Source: Myxococcota bacterium
Lineage (GTDB): Bacteria; Myxococcota_A; SURF-8
Direction: 5' to 3'
DNA: 64,000 nucleotides
NCBI GenBank assembly: GCA_965140415.1
Contig: OZ223209.1
Span: forward strand, 5,728,001 to 5,792,000
Shown here: positions 47,218 to 57,702 of the stretch, in pieces
Layout: every line of letters begins with the position of its first letter
Position numbering within the stretch: the stretch's first letter is position 1
Translations under genes and position numbers: made by a program
Notes under the pieces: generated by a model
What the model saw: only the letters and a program-made list of their open reading frames with translations
Databases searched by the model: none
Told to the model about the DNA's origin: nothing

Positions 47218-48996
47218 TTATCGAATCGCTTTCAGTTCTCCGGTGCCATAGTGTTGAACGTACTGTTCGCGCAGACCGAAACAGGCCGCATCGTAGCGAC
47301 AGCTTTTACAGGTATCCGCCTTGATGAAATCGCCATCGGATACCACGTTTTCCGGCGAGGGAAAGAAGCGAGGATCGCCATCGAGTATGCAACGCGGCAC
47401 ACCACAAGGCGTCTCCAGGCCGCGAAATACAAGATTTCTTTTTAGACAACGCTCCAGCGCCTGCTTCAGGTAAGGTTTGACTTCCGAAAGACGCGGCACC
47501 AACTCGTCGAAGATATCCGAGAAATCCGTTCCGATGGGAGCGATGAATGCCAGATTCAAAAGCAGCTTGTGTCGCACTTCCGGCGAAAAGCGTTCGTAGA
47601 GCCAGTCGATGAATTCAGGCAGATCGCGATAATTCGCCTTTTGGATCAGGTGATTCACGACAACTCCCTGCGGCAGGGTGGACAACAGCTCGATGCCCGT
47701 CGCCGTCTTTTCGGTGACGCCTGGACGTTTCGTCAGTTGCTCCAGCACCGGTGGGCGGTGGGAATGCAGGGATACGAAAGCCTGATCGAGCCCGGCATCT
47801 TTTAATGCCTGCACACGGCTTGGATCGTTCAGCAAAACGGCGTTGGTTTGTAGAATCACGGTCTCCGTGCCGATGCTCTTTGAATATGAAATCAATTCCG
47901 CCAATGGTGCAAACAGAGCGGGTTCGCCGCCGGAAAGAGTCAGACGCTTTGGACGCACCAGGGCGAGGCGCTGTTTCTGTTCCTCCAAACTCGGCGAAGG
48001 TGCATCGGCGCGCACGAAACAGAAAGAACAGGCTTCGTTGCAGGCGAGCGTCACACGCAAAATGGCGCTAGGGGAATCGGTGGAGGAAGACTGGAAATAG
48101 TCGATTCCCAGCGGCTTCGGTGCGTGACGTTGTTCTGTGGCGTATGCAGCAGGCAGGCGCGGGCAGCGTTCGATCCACAAGCAACGATAGCAGCGCAAGC
48201 GACCATGCGGCGCATAATAGCGACTGCGTTCCAGCATGATTTCCTCGGGATAGCGCAAGGGATCGACCACCGGCAACGCCGGGAGGATCTCGAAGGGCAA
48301 CTCTTCGCCAAAAGACAAGCCGCAGGGTGGATAGTCAAATAGAGCGACTTGAAACGCCATGTTGCTGCGCCGACGATACTTCCACGCCACCAGCGATTCA
48401 CGCAAACGGTTTAGATCCGGGTACTGCTGCGCGTTGTCGCCCAGTGGATAGCCGAGCGCGACCGAATCCGCACCCGCTTGCTTTGCCTGTTCGATTTCGG
48501 TATCCAGCCAATCGGCGGCGGCCTCATCGACACCAAGCCAGGACGTAACGGGAATCTTCAATGCCACCAGACGTGTGAGCATGTGGCGGTATGACTGGAC
48601 CTCTTCTTTTAAAATAGTCGCCGGTGCAGGTTTGCGCACAAAGACACGCTCAATACCGGATGCCATCAACGCGCGCTCGAAGGGATCAGACCATGTGGTT
48701 TGCGTTTGCAGCACCAGAAAAAGAGACGTGAACCCGAGCTTCTTTGCGGCTGCAAGCAGTTTCGGAAACTCCGGGTAACTTTCCAGGTGATCTCCATCGA
48801 TCAGTAATGATGAGCGATCCTGTTCGCGCAGTCGCTTTAAATATAGAAGCAGCGTACGCAGATCGGGATAGCGCCCTGCCCGTCCGAGTATCAGGTGAGC
48901 GCCCTGCATCATGGCATGACGGCAGGGGGCCAGCGGCAGCGTATCCAGGTAGTGCCGATTCTCCCCACTCAGACTTTCGTAACGCTGCTCGGTCAA
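47218..48996 (-). CDS. Tandem radical SAM protein (degenerate N-domain plus intact HxsC-like C-domain)
   Basis: C-domain CNEACSFC, SGGEP, VPRC, CKSC.....CFG....Y...YG; N-half keeps PPC and CYRC.....C but has no CxxxCxxC. Confidence 0.82.
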   Translation of the reverse strand: MTEQRYESLSGENRHYLDTLPLAPCRHAMMQGAHLILGRAGRYPDLRTLLLYLKRLREQDRSSLLIDGDHLESYPEFPKLLAAAKKLGFTSLFLVLQTQTTWSDPFERALMASGIERVFVRKPAPATILKEEVQSYRHMLTRLVALKIPVTSWLGVDEAAADWLDTEIEQAKQAGADSVALGYPLGDNAQQYPDLNRLRESLVAWKYRRRSNMAFQVALFDYPPCGLSFGEELPFEILPALPVVDPLRYPEEIMLERSRYYAPHGRLRCYRCLWIERCPRLPAAYATEQRHAPKPLGIDYFQSSSTDSPSAILRVTLACNEACSFCFVRADAPSPSLEEQKQRLALVRPKRLTLSGGEPALFAPLAELISYSKSIGTETVILQTNAVLLNDPSRVQALKDAGLDQAFVSLHSHRPPVLEQLTKRPGVTEKTATGIELLSTLPQGVVVNHLIQKANYRDLPEFIDWLYERFSPEVRHKLLLNLAFIAPIGTDFSDIFDELVPRLSEVKPYLKQALERCLKRNLVFRGLETPCGVPRCILDGDPRFFPSPENVVSDGDFIKADTCKSCRYDAACFGLREQYVQHYGTGELKAIR

Positions 48997-49092
48997 ACCG
49001 CTTCTCCGTGGTTTTCGGAGCCAAAAACGAGTTGGTTCAGGACAAAGCCTGAACCAACCGGATACAACATCGTTGTGAAAAGAAAACTCACA

Positions 49093-52000
49093 TCAGTCCT
49101 GCAACCCCAGAACACCGACGGAGGTATAAGCGATGGTGTACAGGTAATAGCGGTACACATCCGCCGCGTCTTCGTTGTCGAAAATGGCAAAGTGGCCATC
49201 GTCGGGATATTGCAGCAGGCCACTGGTAGCCATCGTCATATCCGGTCCCTGCACGGTGTTGGTAGCCGGACGTGAGACCGGATCGATTCCAATCAGTTGC
49301 AAGCCACCCACCGCCTCCGGCGTCGTCCCGGCAGCGTTTTCGATCTGCGGAATCAAGGCCGCCGTAGCCAGCGCATAGGTGGTGGATTTGGGCGTTTGCG
49401 GGTCCAGCAGTCCGCTTGTGAACATCACGTTTTTCGCCCGGTCGTCGTGCGGCGTGATGGTGTAATAGGGCGCGTAATTGATGGGATCGGTCACTTCCCC
49501 CGCCGTCTGGATCAACAGCAGCAACGGGTGGAATTTGTGCATGTCGTCACGTTCCACCAGGCCGTTGTCTTCCAGCATCTGCAACACGTCGGGATCGGTG
49601 CGTTCCATAACGGTATTGCTGATGCGCCCACCGGAACCGCTGAGCACATAACCCAGGATGTCGTCTTCGATTCCCGCCAGCATCGCACCCGACAATCCCC
49701 CGTGACTGTGGCCGTGGAACAGAATCGTGTTGGTATCGATGGGGATTTCATTCGGTCCGTTGTAGACTTCGCTACCCGGCCAACTCGAACAGACGCTTTC
49801 GGAGATCGTCAGTTTCCCAGCTTTGATGAAAGCGGTCAACTGAATGTTGTCCAGCACCGACTGCCGCATGGTGGCGCGGGCCGATTCCGGGTTACCGAAG
49901 TTGAACGAATAGAGCTCCAGTTCGTCGTTGGTATAGCCGTTGCCGCGTGCGCCATGCAGGGGCTGATTGATGCCGATGGTTGCCAGTCCGGCGGAACAGA
50001 GCTCGTCGGAGATGGCGTAATCGCCGGTTATGCTGTCGCCGATATAATTGTTGTAATCGCCGCCGGTGCCGTGAGAAACCAGCACGATCGGCCAGCCGTC
50101 CTGTGGAGCACTCTGATCGGTGGCAATGCAGAAGGCAAAGTCTAGGGTTTCCACCGCCTGCGAAATCGGATCACCGTTGTCATCGAATACGAAAGAACCA
50201 CCGAAATACTGGTAGGGCTGCGTACCGCTTTGGAAGTTATGCGCGGTGTAATGGCCCTCGAAACAAATATGGTTGTGGTGAGCGCCGGTATAGGCGCAAT
50301 CCACCAGAGCGCCGGCCAGATCGCCGTTTGGATATTCGCTGCGAATGGAATCGCGCATCTGGCGGGTCTGTTTGACCGGATCGTGGGTAGTAAAGACCGT
50401 AGCAACGCGCACGCGATCGGGGTCGAAGGATGTATTCGGGTCCGAGAGCCAATCAACCAGGGGCGCATACGCCGCATCGAGTTTCGTGTCGCCACTTGCA
50501 ACCCCACTGAACACCCAGCTCATCACCAGATCCCGGCCCAGCGGATCTCCAGTAGCATTGGTAACGCCATCGGTCACGATGACGGCATAGGTCGTTTCCG
50601 GCAACAGCGGGAAACCGTCGTACGGTGCAACCGTCAACTGGTTCCCATCCGGCTCGTAGAAGGTCGCAGCCGCAGTCCAGTGGGTTTCGATCGGAACCAT
50701 CGTACCGTAGTCTTCAGAGAGCGGATCGACGTTGACCAGCAGCACCGAGGCTTCCCACTGCATGCTGTCACTGGGAGTAGCGGGCAGGCTGTCCGGGTCG
50801 ATGGCCGCCGGGAAGGTGAAATAGGCCGCCGCATTGGTGCCGAAGCCGTCCAGTTCGCTTTCCATGATCGAGATGTAGCGGTTGATCAGCAGATTGGCCT
50901 GCATGTTTTCCTGGAACGACGGTGTCGGGAAGCCGTTGACCTGGATGTATCCGTCCTCGTCCTTGTAATAGTCGTTCGGGTAGGGAGAAGAGAAGATGTT
51001 GCTGTTGTCGGTGAAATTGAAAAACGCCAGCATACCGCTGACCGGCTGCAACTCATAAGCGGCTTCCTCGTCGCCATCGACAACATCGCCGTCTACGATA
51101 TCACCATCGATGGTATCGCCATCGATGTAATCGCCATCAACCAGATCACCGTCGAAATCGCCATCGACTCCGCAAGTGCAATCCACGTACAGCGAGAAAT
51201 TACCGGTTGCGCCATCCACGCCATCGACTACGACATAGTAGGGTTCACCCGCCAGCGTATTGAAAGTGATGATGTCGTCGGTCGTGCCGGTATTGGCTGA
51301 ATAATGCAAACAGGAGTTGGTGCTACAAGAAGAGAGCACGAACAGGTCGAGGTTGTTGTACAGGTTGGTCAGTTGCAGCGTGGCTTCGCAATCCTCATCC
51401 GTGGCGAATTCATAAATCGCCTCCGGGCCGTTTTCGTTCAGCATTGCATCGCAGCTATAGGATTCCCACACATTGGCTCTGCCATTAAGCAGATTGTGAT
51501 TTCCAATGCGATCCGTGCATTCCAGCGAATTGGTGGAGGGGCAGATCGGCTCCTGGTCGCCGTCGACGTCGCCATCGGTGTAGCAGGCCTGCTGCGTAAA
51601 GGTGGCCGTGCATAAGCTGGGGCAGTCCACCGTGATGGAGCCGTCTTGGTTCACCGTCAGGCCACACATGCCCATAATATCTTCATCGACGAATTCGCAG
51701 CCGGTTACCTGTACCGATTGCGGCGGCAATCCAGAAACCGCTACAGTAACGGTGAAGTCACAGTCGGTTCCCTGCGTCCGTTCGATGACGGCAGATTCGA
51801 TATTGAGTTGATTACAGTTGGGGCCGGTTGCCGAGGCCACGCAGTATTCGCCGGGGAAATTCTCGCAGCCCGCACAACTGACGGTATCACCGTCAACCAC
51901 ATCACCGTCGATCACATCACCGTCGGGCATGTCGCCGTCGGGCATGTCGCCATCGGGTGTATCACCATCGGGCATGTCGCCATCGGGCATGTCGCCATCG

Positions 52001-52329
52001 GGAGTGTCGCCATCGGGCGTATCACCATCGGGCATATCGCCATCGGGCGTGTCGCCGTCGGGCACATCGCCATCCGGCGTGTCGCCATCGGGAGTATCAC
52101 CATCGGGAGTATCGCCATCGGGAGTATCACCATCTGGTGTATCACCATCTGGTGTGTCGCCGTCGGGCGTGTCGCCGTCGGGCGTATCGCCGTCTGTCGT
52201 GTCACCGTCGGGCGTGTCACCGTCGGTCGTATCGCCGTCAGGTAGATCGAAAATATCATCGGTGGAACAGCCTACCGTTGACAAGGCGGTAATCAACAAC
52301 AATGCAATCAGTCCTATCCACTTGTTCAT
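49093..52329 (-). CDS. Large lipoprotein: xPDGD repeats, Cys-rich and PPC-like domains, C-terminal alpha/beta-hydrolase (extracellular lipase-like)
   Basis: Lipobox TVGC; PYPND and DGFG N-terminal lipase-associated motifs; HGTGG, QPLHGAR, GHSHGG nucleophile elbow, GHF. Confidence 0.82.
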   Translation of the reverse strand: MNKWIGLIALLLITALSTVGCSTDDIFDLPDGDTTDGDTPDGDTTDGDTPDGDTPDGDTPDGDTPDGDTPDGDTPDGDTPDGDTPDGDVPDGDTPDGDMPDGDTPDGDTPDGDMPDGDMPDGDTPDGDMPDGDMPDGDVIDGDVVDGDTVSCAGCENFPGEYCVASATGPNCNQLNIESAVIERTQGTDCDFTVTVAVSGLPPQSVQVTGCEFVDEDIMGMCGLTVNQDGSITVDCPSLCTATFTQQACYTDGDVDGDQEPICPSTNSLECTDRIGNHNLLNGRANVWESYSCDAMLNENGPEAIYEFATDEDCEATLQLTNLYNNLDLFVLSSCSTNSCLHYSANTGTTDDIITFNTLAGEPYYVVVDGVDGATGNFSLYVDCTCGVDGDFDGDLVDGDYIDGDTIDGDIVDGDVVDGDEEAAYELQPVSGMLAFFNFTDNSNIFSSPYPNDYYKDEDGYIQVNGFPTPSFQENMQANLLINRYISIMESELDGFGTNAAAYFTFPAAIDPDSLPATPSDSMQWEASVLLVNVDPLSEDYGTMVPIETHWTAAATFYEPDGNQLTVAPYDGFPLLPETTYAVIVTDGVTNATGDPLGRDLVMSWVFSGVASGDTKLDAAYAPLVDWLSDPNTSFDPDRVRVATVFTTHDPVKQTRQMRDSIRSEYPNGDLAGALVDCAYTGAHHNHICFEGHYTAHNFQSGTQPYQYFGGSFVFDDNGDPISQAVETLDFAFCIATDQSAPQDGWPIVLVSHGTGGDYNNYIGDSITGDYAISDELCSAGLATIGINQPLHGARGNGYTNDELELYSFNFGNPESARATMRQSVLDNIQLTAFIKAGKLTISESVCSSWPGSEVYNGPNEIPIDTNTILFHGHSHGGLSGAMLAGIEDDILGYVLSGSGGRISNTVMERTDPDVLQMLEDNGLVERDDMHKFHPLLLLIQTAGEVTDPINYAPYYTITPHDDRAKNVMFTSGLLDPQTPKSTTYALATAALIPQIENAAGTTPEAVGGLQLIGIDPVSRPATNTVQGPDMTMATSGLLQYPDDGHFAIFDNEDAADVYRYYLYTIAYTSVGVLGLQD
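51886..52239 (-). repeat. 15-bp coding tandem repeat, 24 x (xxDGD, mostly T/M-P-D-G-D)
   Basis: Counted from the translation; period 15 nt. Confidence 0.95.
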
Positions 52330-52687
52330 CCTGTTTCTCCCGTTTTGCGATTCTTTCCCCATAACCGGCCTTCATCATGCCTACCCTTCCTTTGGCGCAA
52401 TGACCCGGAACTCTGTTCAATTCGCCGGAAGTTTACCCTAATTCGTCCCCGGACACAAGCCGGGACGAAGCCCTGTGAGCTTTCGATGGAACAACGAATA
52501 ATTTACTAACTAAAAATGATGTCGGCAAAACTTGCACCAACATTAGCCGGTCTAGTATAATTGGCAGAGGTTCTCAGATCGTTGCCTTATCGGTGGGGCA
52601 CGAGGAGAACCGATTCCGAAGTGCCACGTTCGCAAACGGAATCAACCCAGTGAATGATCCACCTACGCCGCTGAAAACGAGAAGTAC

Positions 52688-53752
52688 ATGATCACCAGTC
52701 GGCAAATCTTCGATGCCAAGTTGTTAGTGGTTGACGACACTGCCGCCAATGTCAATTTGCTGCAAGAAATTCTTCGCTTATCCGGATATCACAATATCCG
52801 AGGACTGACAGACCCCCGTGAGGTGCTGGATCTGTACAAGTCCTGGCGGCCCGATCTGGTGCTGCTGGATCTGCGTATGCCGCACCTGGATGGCTTCCAG
52901 GTAATGGCACAGTTGCATCAGGTGGAACAGGGTTCTTACATTCCTGTGTTGGCGCTGACCGCCGAACCGGACTACGAAACCCGTGTAAAGGCGCTTGAAG
53001 CGGGAGCCAAGGATTTCCTGACCAAACCGTTTGACCGCATCGAAATTCTGAACCGGGTACGCAATCTGTTGGAGGTGCGGCTGCTGCACAACCAGGCACT
53101 CGATCAGAACGAAGTACTGGAACAGATGGTTATCGAGCGTACCAGCGAAATCCATGAAACCCGCAAGGCCATTATCCATAAATTGAGCGCGGCGGCGGAA
53201 TACAAGGACAACGAAACGGGCCAGCACATCATCCGCATGAGCAAGATCTGCCATGAGCTGGCAATAACCATCGGCATCGACGAGCGTTCCGCAGAAGTGC
53301 TGCTTAACGCCGCTCCCATGCACGATATCGGTAAAATCGGGGTGCCCGATACGATTTTAAAGAAACCGGGACCGCTGGACAGCTGGGAATGGCGTACCAT
53401 GCGTGCCCACACGACCATCGGTGCTGAAATTCTGGGAGACAATCGCTCGGAGCTATTGGTTGTCGCACAGCGCATCGCACTGCACCACCACGAAAAATGG
53501 GACGGCAGCGGTTATCCAGACGGCTTGGCAGGCACCGCGATTCCTTACGAGGCGCGCATTGCCGCAGTGGCGGATGTATTCGATGCCTTAACTTCCAAAC
53601 GTCCCTACAAAACAGCTTGGTCATTCGATGATGCAGTAACGGAAATTCAACGCGGGAGCGGAACACACTTCGATCCCGCCATCGTAGATGCATTCAGTTC
53701 CATTCTTCCCAGCATCAAGGCCATTCATCAGGCCCACGCCGATCCGGTATGA
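52688..53752 (+). CDS. Response regulator with HD-GYP c-di-GMP phosphodiesterase domain (RpfG-like)
   Basis: REC (VVDD, LLDLRMP, KPF); [29 protein letters not shown]. Confidence 0.95.
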   Translation: MITSRQIFDAKLLVVDDTAANVNLLQEILRLSGYHNIRGLTDPREVLDLYKSWRPDLVLLDLRMPHLDGFQVMAQLHQVEQGSYIPVLALTAEPDYETRVKALEAGAKDFLTKPFDRIEILNRVRNLLEVRLLHNQALDQNEVLEQMVIERTSEIHETRKAIIHKLSAAAEYKDNETGQHIIRMSKICHELAITIGIDERSAEVLLNAAPMHDIGKIGVPDTILKKPGPLDSWEWRTMRAHTTIGAEILGDNRSELLVVAQRIALHHHEKWDGSGYPDGLAGTAIPYEARIAAVADVFDALTSKRPYKTAWSFDDAVTEIQRGSGTHFDPAIVDAFSSILPSIKAIHQAHADPV

Positions 53753-53825
53753 ACGGGAAACGATCACAGCGGGGAGTGACCATGTCGGCACATCATTTTA
53801 AAATCGTCCGGTTGTAGGAGACAGC

Positions 53826-54890
53826 GTGTTTCCCGCCACATTGATTTATAACCTATTGATGTTTCTGGTGGATTTTCTGGCTCTCGGATTGGGGCAACGC
53901 TTAAGAACGCCACAGGCGGCAAGAATTCTTATTTTATCCGGTCTGCTTTTAGGGTTACTTGTCGGTTTGTTTCTCGGAGAGGACAGATTCGGCAATATGC
54001 GCTTGTTCTGCTATAACCTGTTTGTACATGTTCCCCTGTTGCTTTTGGGATTTGCTGTAATACTTTGGTCGAAGCACCGAAAAACAAGCTTGGCAGCGCT
54101 GGTCGTCACCGCTTTGCTTATTGTATTGGCTATCGACGCCTTTTTCATCGAACCGAATTGGCTACAGGTAAAACACTATAGCTTACAAAGCGATAAGATC
54201 ACGAAATCACTTCGTATTGTTGTGATTGCCGATCTACAGACGGATCATTTCGGAGAGTATGAAAAACAGGCTTTGCGCCAGGCAAAAGAGGAAAAACCGG
54301 ATATCCTGCTCTTTGTCGGCGATTACGTACAGATTTACGAACCGACACAACGGGCGGCGCTGATTGCGGAAATCAATCGATTCCTTCGTCAGGAGAACAT
54401 CCGAGGCACACAGGGGTCGTTCGCGGTATACGGCAATATCGATCTACCCGGCTGGAAAGCGATGTTCAAACGCACCGGCATCCGGCTGATGGGCGATACC
54501 CTTACAACGAGCGCAGGTGAAATCGCTATCACCGGTTTGAACATGCACGATTCCTATAAAACGGATCTGCGTTTACCGCCTCAAAATCGCTTTCATCTCG
54601 TGTTTGGCCATTATCCCAACTTTGCCGCCGGAGATCTTCGGGCGGATTTGCTGCTTGCCGGACACACGCACGGCGGACAAGTCCGCCTGCCTTTTATCGG
54701 ACCGCTGCTCAACTATTCGAAATTACCGCGTAAATGGGGAGCGGGTCGCACCGATCTGGAAGGCGGAGGAACATTGATCGTTTCTCATGGTGTTGGAATG
54801 GAACGTGGTTTTGCGCCGCGCCTGCGTTTTCTCTGCCGACCTCAACTGGTGGTCATCGATCTGATACCGAGCGAAAAGACGACTCCGTAA
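53826..54890 (+). CDS. Membrane-anchored metallophosphoesterase (YkuE-like)
   Basis: N-terminal TMs; ADLQ, GDYV, GNID, GHTHGGQ. Confidence 0.88.
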   Translation: MFPATLIYNLLMFLVDFLALGLGQRLRTPQAARILILSGLLLGLLVGLFLGEDRFGNMRLFCYNLFVHVPLLLLGFAVILWSKHRKTSLAALVVTALLIVLAIDAFFIEPNWLQVKHYSLQSDKITKSLRIVVIADLQTDHFGEYEKQALRQAKEEKPDILLFVGDYVQIYEPTQRAALIAEINRFLRQENIRGTQGSFAVYGNIDLPGWKAMFKRTGIRLMGDTLTTSAGEIAITGLNMHDSYKTDLRLPPQNRFHLVFGHYPNFAAGDLRADLLLAGHTHGGQVRLPFIGPLLNYSKLPRKWGAGRTDLEGGGTLIVSHGVGMERGFAPRLRFLCRPQLVVIDLIPSEKTTP

Positions 54891-54930
54891 ACTGCTAGAA
54901 TCATATAGAATTCTTCTTATTGCAGAGAGA

Positions 54931-56559
54931 TTACCACTCGGTAAAGAAGGATTTGGGGACGGTCATGGCCTTGTAAATCCAAAAACCAAGCGGTATCCGC
55001 AGTTCCCACACAAGTTCTTTATCGCGTGTGATCTCGAACAGGCGCCCGTTATTGGCATCGGTCACGAGGATGTGGTCGTTTTCCAGTGGAATTGCGGCAC
55101 CCTGGGCGGGGCAGTAGAAATCGGGAGTTTCCCGGTATTCCCATTCGAGTTCCATGCTCTTCGCTTCCGGATCGAAAGCCACTTCAATGACACGCGAATG
55201 AAGATGATAGGTGCCGTTGTCGAATATCACCATGCGACCGGGAGCGATGTATTCCGGGTTGTGAGCGTGATCCCACATGGCTTCTCCGAAATCGGCATCT
55301 TTACCCATCGTCCATTCCACCTCTCCCGATGGGTAGCCCACTTTGTAGATTTTATTGAGGTTTCTATAGTTGATGTACAGCGCCCCGGCTTGCTCGTCCA
55401 GCGTGATCGAGTTGGCGTGGGTCCAGTCGTACCCCAAACCGTAGAAGCTGGTCAGAATATCGATGGCGTTGTAATCGGACAGGGGCACATGGTCTTTCGA
55501 ATGCCACTCCCAATCGATTGTGCGGGTTTCCAGGTTCAAGATCTGAACGCCGTCGGTCAGTAAATAGCGATCCGGTTCCGGTTCGTAACTTTCGAAAAAG
55601 AGATGGATCAGGCGACCGTCGCTCATCTGATCGATATCGTGATGCGCCGTCACGCCTTCATTGGTGGAGTTGTACAGCACATTGTGATCCAGATCGAGTT
55701 GAATCAGGCTAAGATATTGAGCGGTGGCCAATGAGTGATCGCGTAACGGTTCCAGCTCGGTGACCGTTCCATATTGATCGCTGAAAAACTCCCACCAGAC
55801 TACCCCCTGGCGATCCACGGCGGCGATGTAACCGTATGGTGCCGTGTAATACTCCGAAGAGTTGACCGGAGCGAAAAGCACCAGGTCATCGTCGGTGCCG
55901 TCGGGAGGATGAGTCAAGGTAATGGCGGGCAGATGCGATGCCAGGGTGGTAACAACCGGAGATTCAACCATTTCGCCGCAAAGTTGGTCGTTACAGGCCG
56001 TCAGGCGATACTTGTAGGGCGATTCCGGGCTAAGCGCCAGATCCAGAAAACGGGCGTGATCGCCGGCAACGCGCCGGATTTCTTCGAACCAGCCATCTTC
56101 ACCGGCGGAGCGCATGATAATGACTTCGCTATCCGGAGCCAGCCTGGCCCAGCTGATTACGATGTTGTGCCCTGAAATGGGTCGAATCTGCAAGGAACGC
56201 AGGGCAAGATCCTGCAATGCGCTGGAAGCGTCCGAGTCGTTGCTGTCTTCCATTTCCGTATCGCCATCCACGACATCTGCATCGGGCAGCAGACCGGAAT
56301 TTTCGGACTCATTGCCAAAGCGCTTTTCCTCGTCGAAATCGCCATCGATTACCGGCAGATAAGGCTCCCGATCGGCATCCCCCAATGCAGGAATGTCCAG
56401 ATCCGGTCCATTGATTGAAGATGGAGAATTATCATCGCCGAAAGAATACAGACTGCTGCTCGTCTGCTCGCAGGCCGACAAGCCGATAAGTGCAAGAAAC
56501 GTCAACGACAGGATGCATGAAACGAACGAGGCAGGATTTTTATACGGCAAAGCACACAT
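54931..56559 (-). CDS. Lipoprotein: FN3-like domain plus arylsulfotransferase (ASST)-like beta-propeller
   Basis: Lipobox LSAC; HHD, DWTHANS, NYRN.N, H....FDNG motifs. Confidence 0.8.
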   Translation of the reverse strand: MCALPYKNPASFVSCILSLTFLALIGLSACEQTSSSLYSFGDDNSPSSINGPDLDIPALGDADREPYLPVIDGDFDEEKRFGNESENSGLLPDADVVDGDTEMEDSNDSDASSALQDLALRSLQIRPISGHNIVISWARLAPDSEVIIMRSAGEDGWFEEIRRVAGDHARFLDLALSPESPYKYRLTACNDQLCGEMVESPVVTTLASHLPAITLTHPPDGTDDDLVLFAPVNSSEYYTAPYGYIAAVDRQGVVWWEFFSDQYGTVTELEPLRDHSLATAQYLSLIQLDLDHNVLYNSTNEGVTAHHDIDQMSDGRLIHLFFESYEPEPDRYLLTDGVQILNLETRTIDWEWHSKDHVPLSDYNAIDILTSFYGLGYDWTHANSITLDEQAGALYINYRNLNKIYKVGYPSGEVEWTMGKDADFGEAMWDHAHNPEYIAPGRMVIFDNGTYHLHSRVIEVAFDPEAKSMELEWEYRETPDFYCPAQGAAIPLENDHILVTDANNGRLFEITRDKELVWELRIPLGFWIYKAMTVPKSFFTEW

Positions 56560-56655
56560 TCCTTACTTATAACGGATTGCAGAACGCTTGGCAATCTCTG
56601 AACGTGTAGTTTTTTGTATCGGCTTCAACTTAAAAATAGCAGCCGCTTCAGGCAT

Positions 56656-56690
56656 AAAAAAAACCGGCTCTCTTTAAAGAGAGCCGATTC
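56656..56690 (-). terminator. Intrinsic terminator after the tRNA-Gly/Cys operon
   Basis: CGGCTCTCT-TTAA-AGAGAGCCG stem followed by T8 on the minus strand. Confidence 0.85.
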
Positions 56691-56695
56691 ATTTT

Positions 56696-56769
56696 TGGAG
56701 GCGCCGACCAGATTCGAACTGGTGATGGAGATTTTGCAGACCTCTGCCTTACCACTTGGCCACGGCGCC
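56696..56769 (-). tRNA. tRNA-Cys(GCA)
   Basis: Minus strand GGCGCCG...CT-GCA-AA...GTTCGAATC...CGGCGCC-TCCA. Confidence 0.96.
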
Positions 56770-56807
56770 GAAGAGAACGGCCAACCTGCTGGTTGGCCGC
56801 TCGTATA

Positions 56808-56882
56808 TGGAGCGGGAAACGGGATTTGAACCCGCGACTTCGACCTTGGCAAGGTCGCACTCTACCACTGAGTTATTCCCGC
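56808..56882 (-). tRNA. tRNA-Gly(GCC)
   Basis: Minus strand GCGGGAATAACTCAGTGGTAGAGTG..TT-GCC-AA..GGTTCAAATCCC..CCCGC-TCCA. Confidence 0.96.
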
Positions 56883-57172
56883 AATTCAATTTTCAAATTC
56901 CAGCGTTCGCAAGGTCCGTTTTCTATAACAATCCCCGGTTGCTGTCAAGCTTTTTTTCCCATCCCGTTTTCTGGATTAGCGAATTTTCCGCCCCGGATGG
57001 CATAGCCGGATCATCTCAGCTTCACCAGCAAGAGGAGCGAAGAACGAAATTTTCAATTTCTAAAAGGAAATTTATCTCTTGTTAAAGGAATCTTATTCTT
57101 TCGACAGGCCAGAGAATGCGGGCTAGGATGCAAGGGTGTGGATTGGAGTCTTTTCGAATGAAAGGGGGTAAC

Positions 57173-57661
57173 ATGCCGGATAGTGTATATGAATTCTCGG
57201 CTACGACCATTGCCGGTAAGGACATCGACCTGAGCGACTATCGGGGCAAGGTGCTGTTGATCGTCAATACCGCCAGCAAGTGCGGGTTTACGCCTCAATA
57301 CAAAGGCTTGCAGGCTCTGTATTCGGAATACAAGGACCGGGGTCTGGAAATTCTGGGTTTTCCCTGCAACCAGTTTCAGAATCAGGAACCGGGCAGCGAA
57401 ATGCAGATTATGGAATTCTGCGAGTTGAATTACGGCGTAAGCTTTCCGATGTTCGGGAAAATCGATGTGAACGGCACCAATGCACATCCCCTGTTCCGCT
57501 ATCTGACCGGTCAGCTACCGGGATTGATGGGAAGCAAGGCCATCAAGTGGAATTTCACCAAGTTTCTCATCGACCGCGAAGGCAAACCGGTAAAGCGTTT
57601 TGGTCCGGCTACTGCACCGGAGAAAATGTCCAAGGATATCGTGGCGTTACTAAAGCAATAA
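57173..57661 (+). CDS. gpx: Glutathione peroxidase family peroxidase (Cys-type)
   Basis: VNTASKCGFTPQY, FPCNQF..QEPG, KWNFTKFL. Confidence 0.95.
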   Translation: MPDSVYEFSATTIAGKDIDLSDYRGKVLLIVNTASKCGFTPQYKGLQALYSEYKDRGLEILGFPCNQFQNQEPGSEMQIMEFCELNYGVSFPMFGKIDVNGTNAHPLFRYLTGQLPGLMGSKAIKWNFTKFLIDREGKPVKRFGPATAPEKMSKDIVALLKQ

Positions 57662-57702
57662 GTCTTGTTTAAAATCAACCGCTTTCTTTACGGGACGAGA
57701 AA

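Noticed and set aside
51818-52441. Antisense and alternate-frame ORFs with SPSG/MATRP/HHR repeats (also at 61332-62231)
   Set aside because: Shadows of the 15-bp DGD coding repeat, which has no stops in other frames; no RBS or signal peptide.
57173-57661. Selenocysteine in glutathione peroxidase
   Set aside because: The active-site codon is TGC (Cys) and there is no in-frame TGA.
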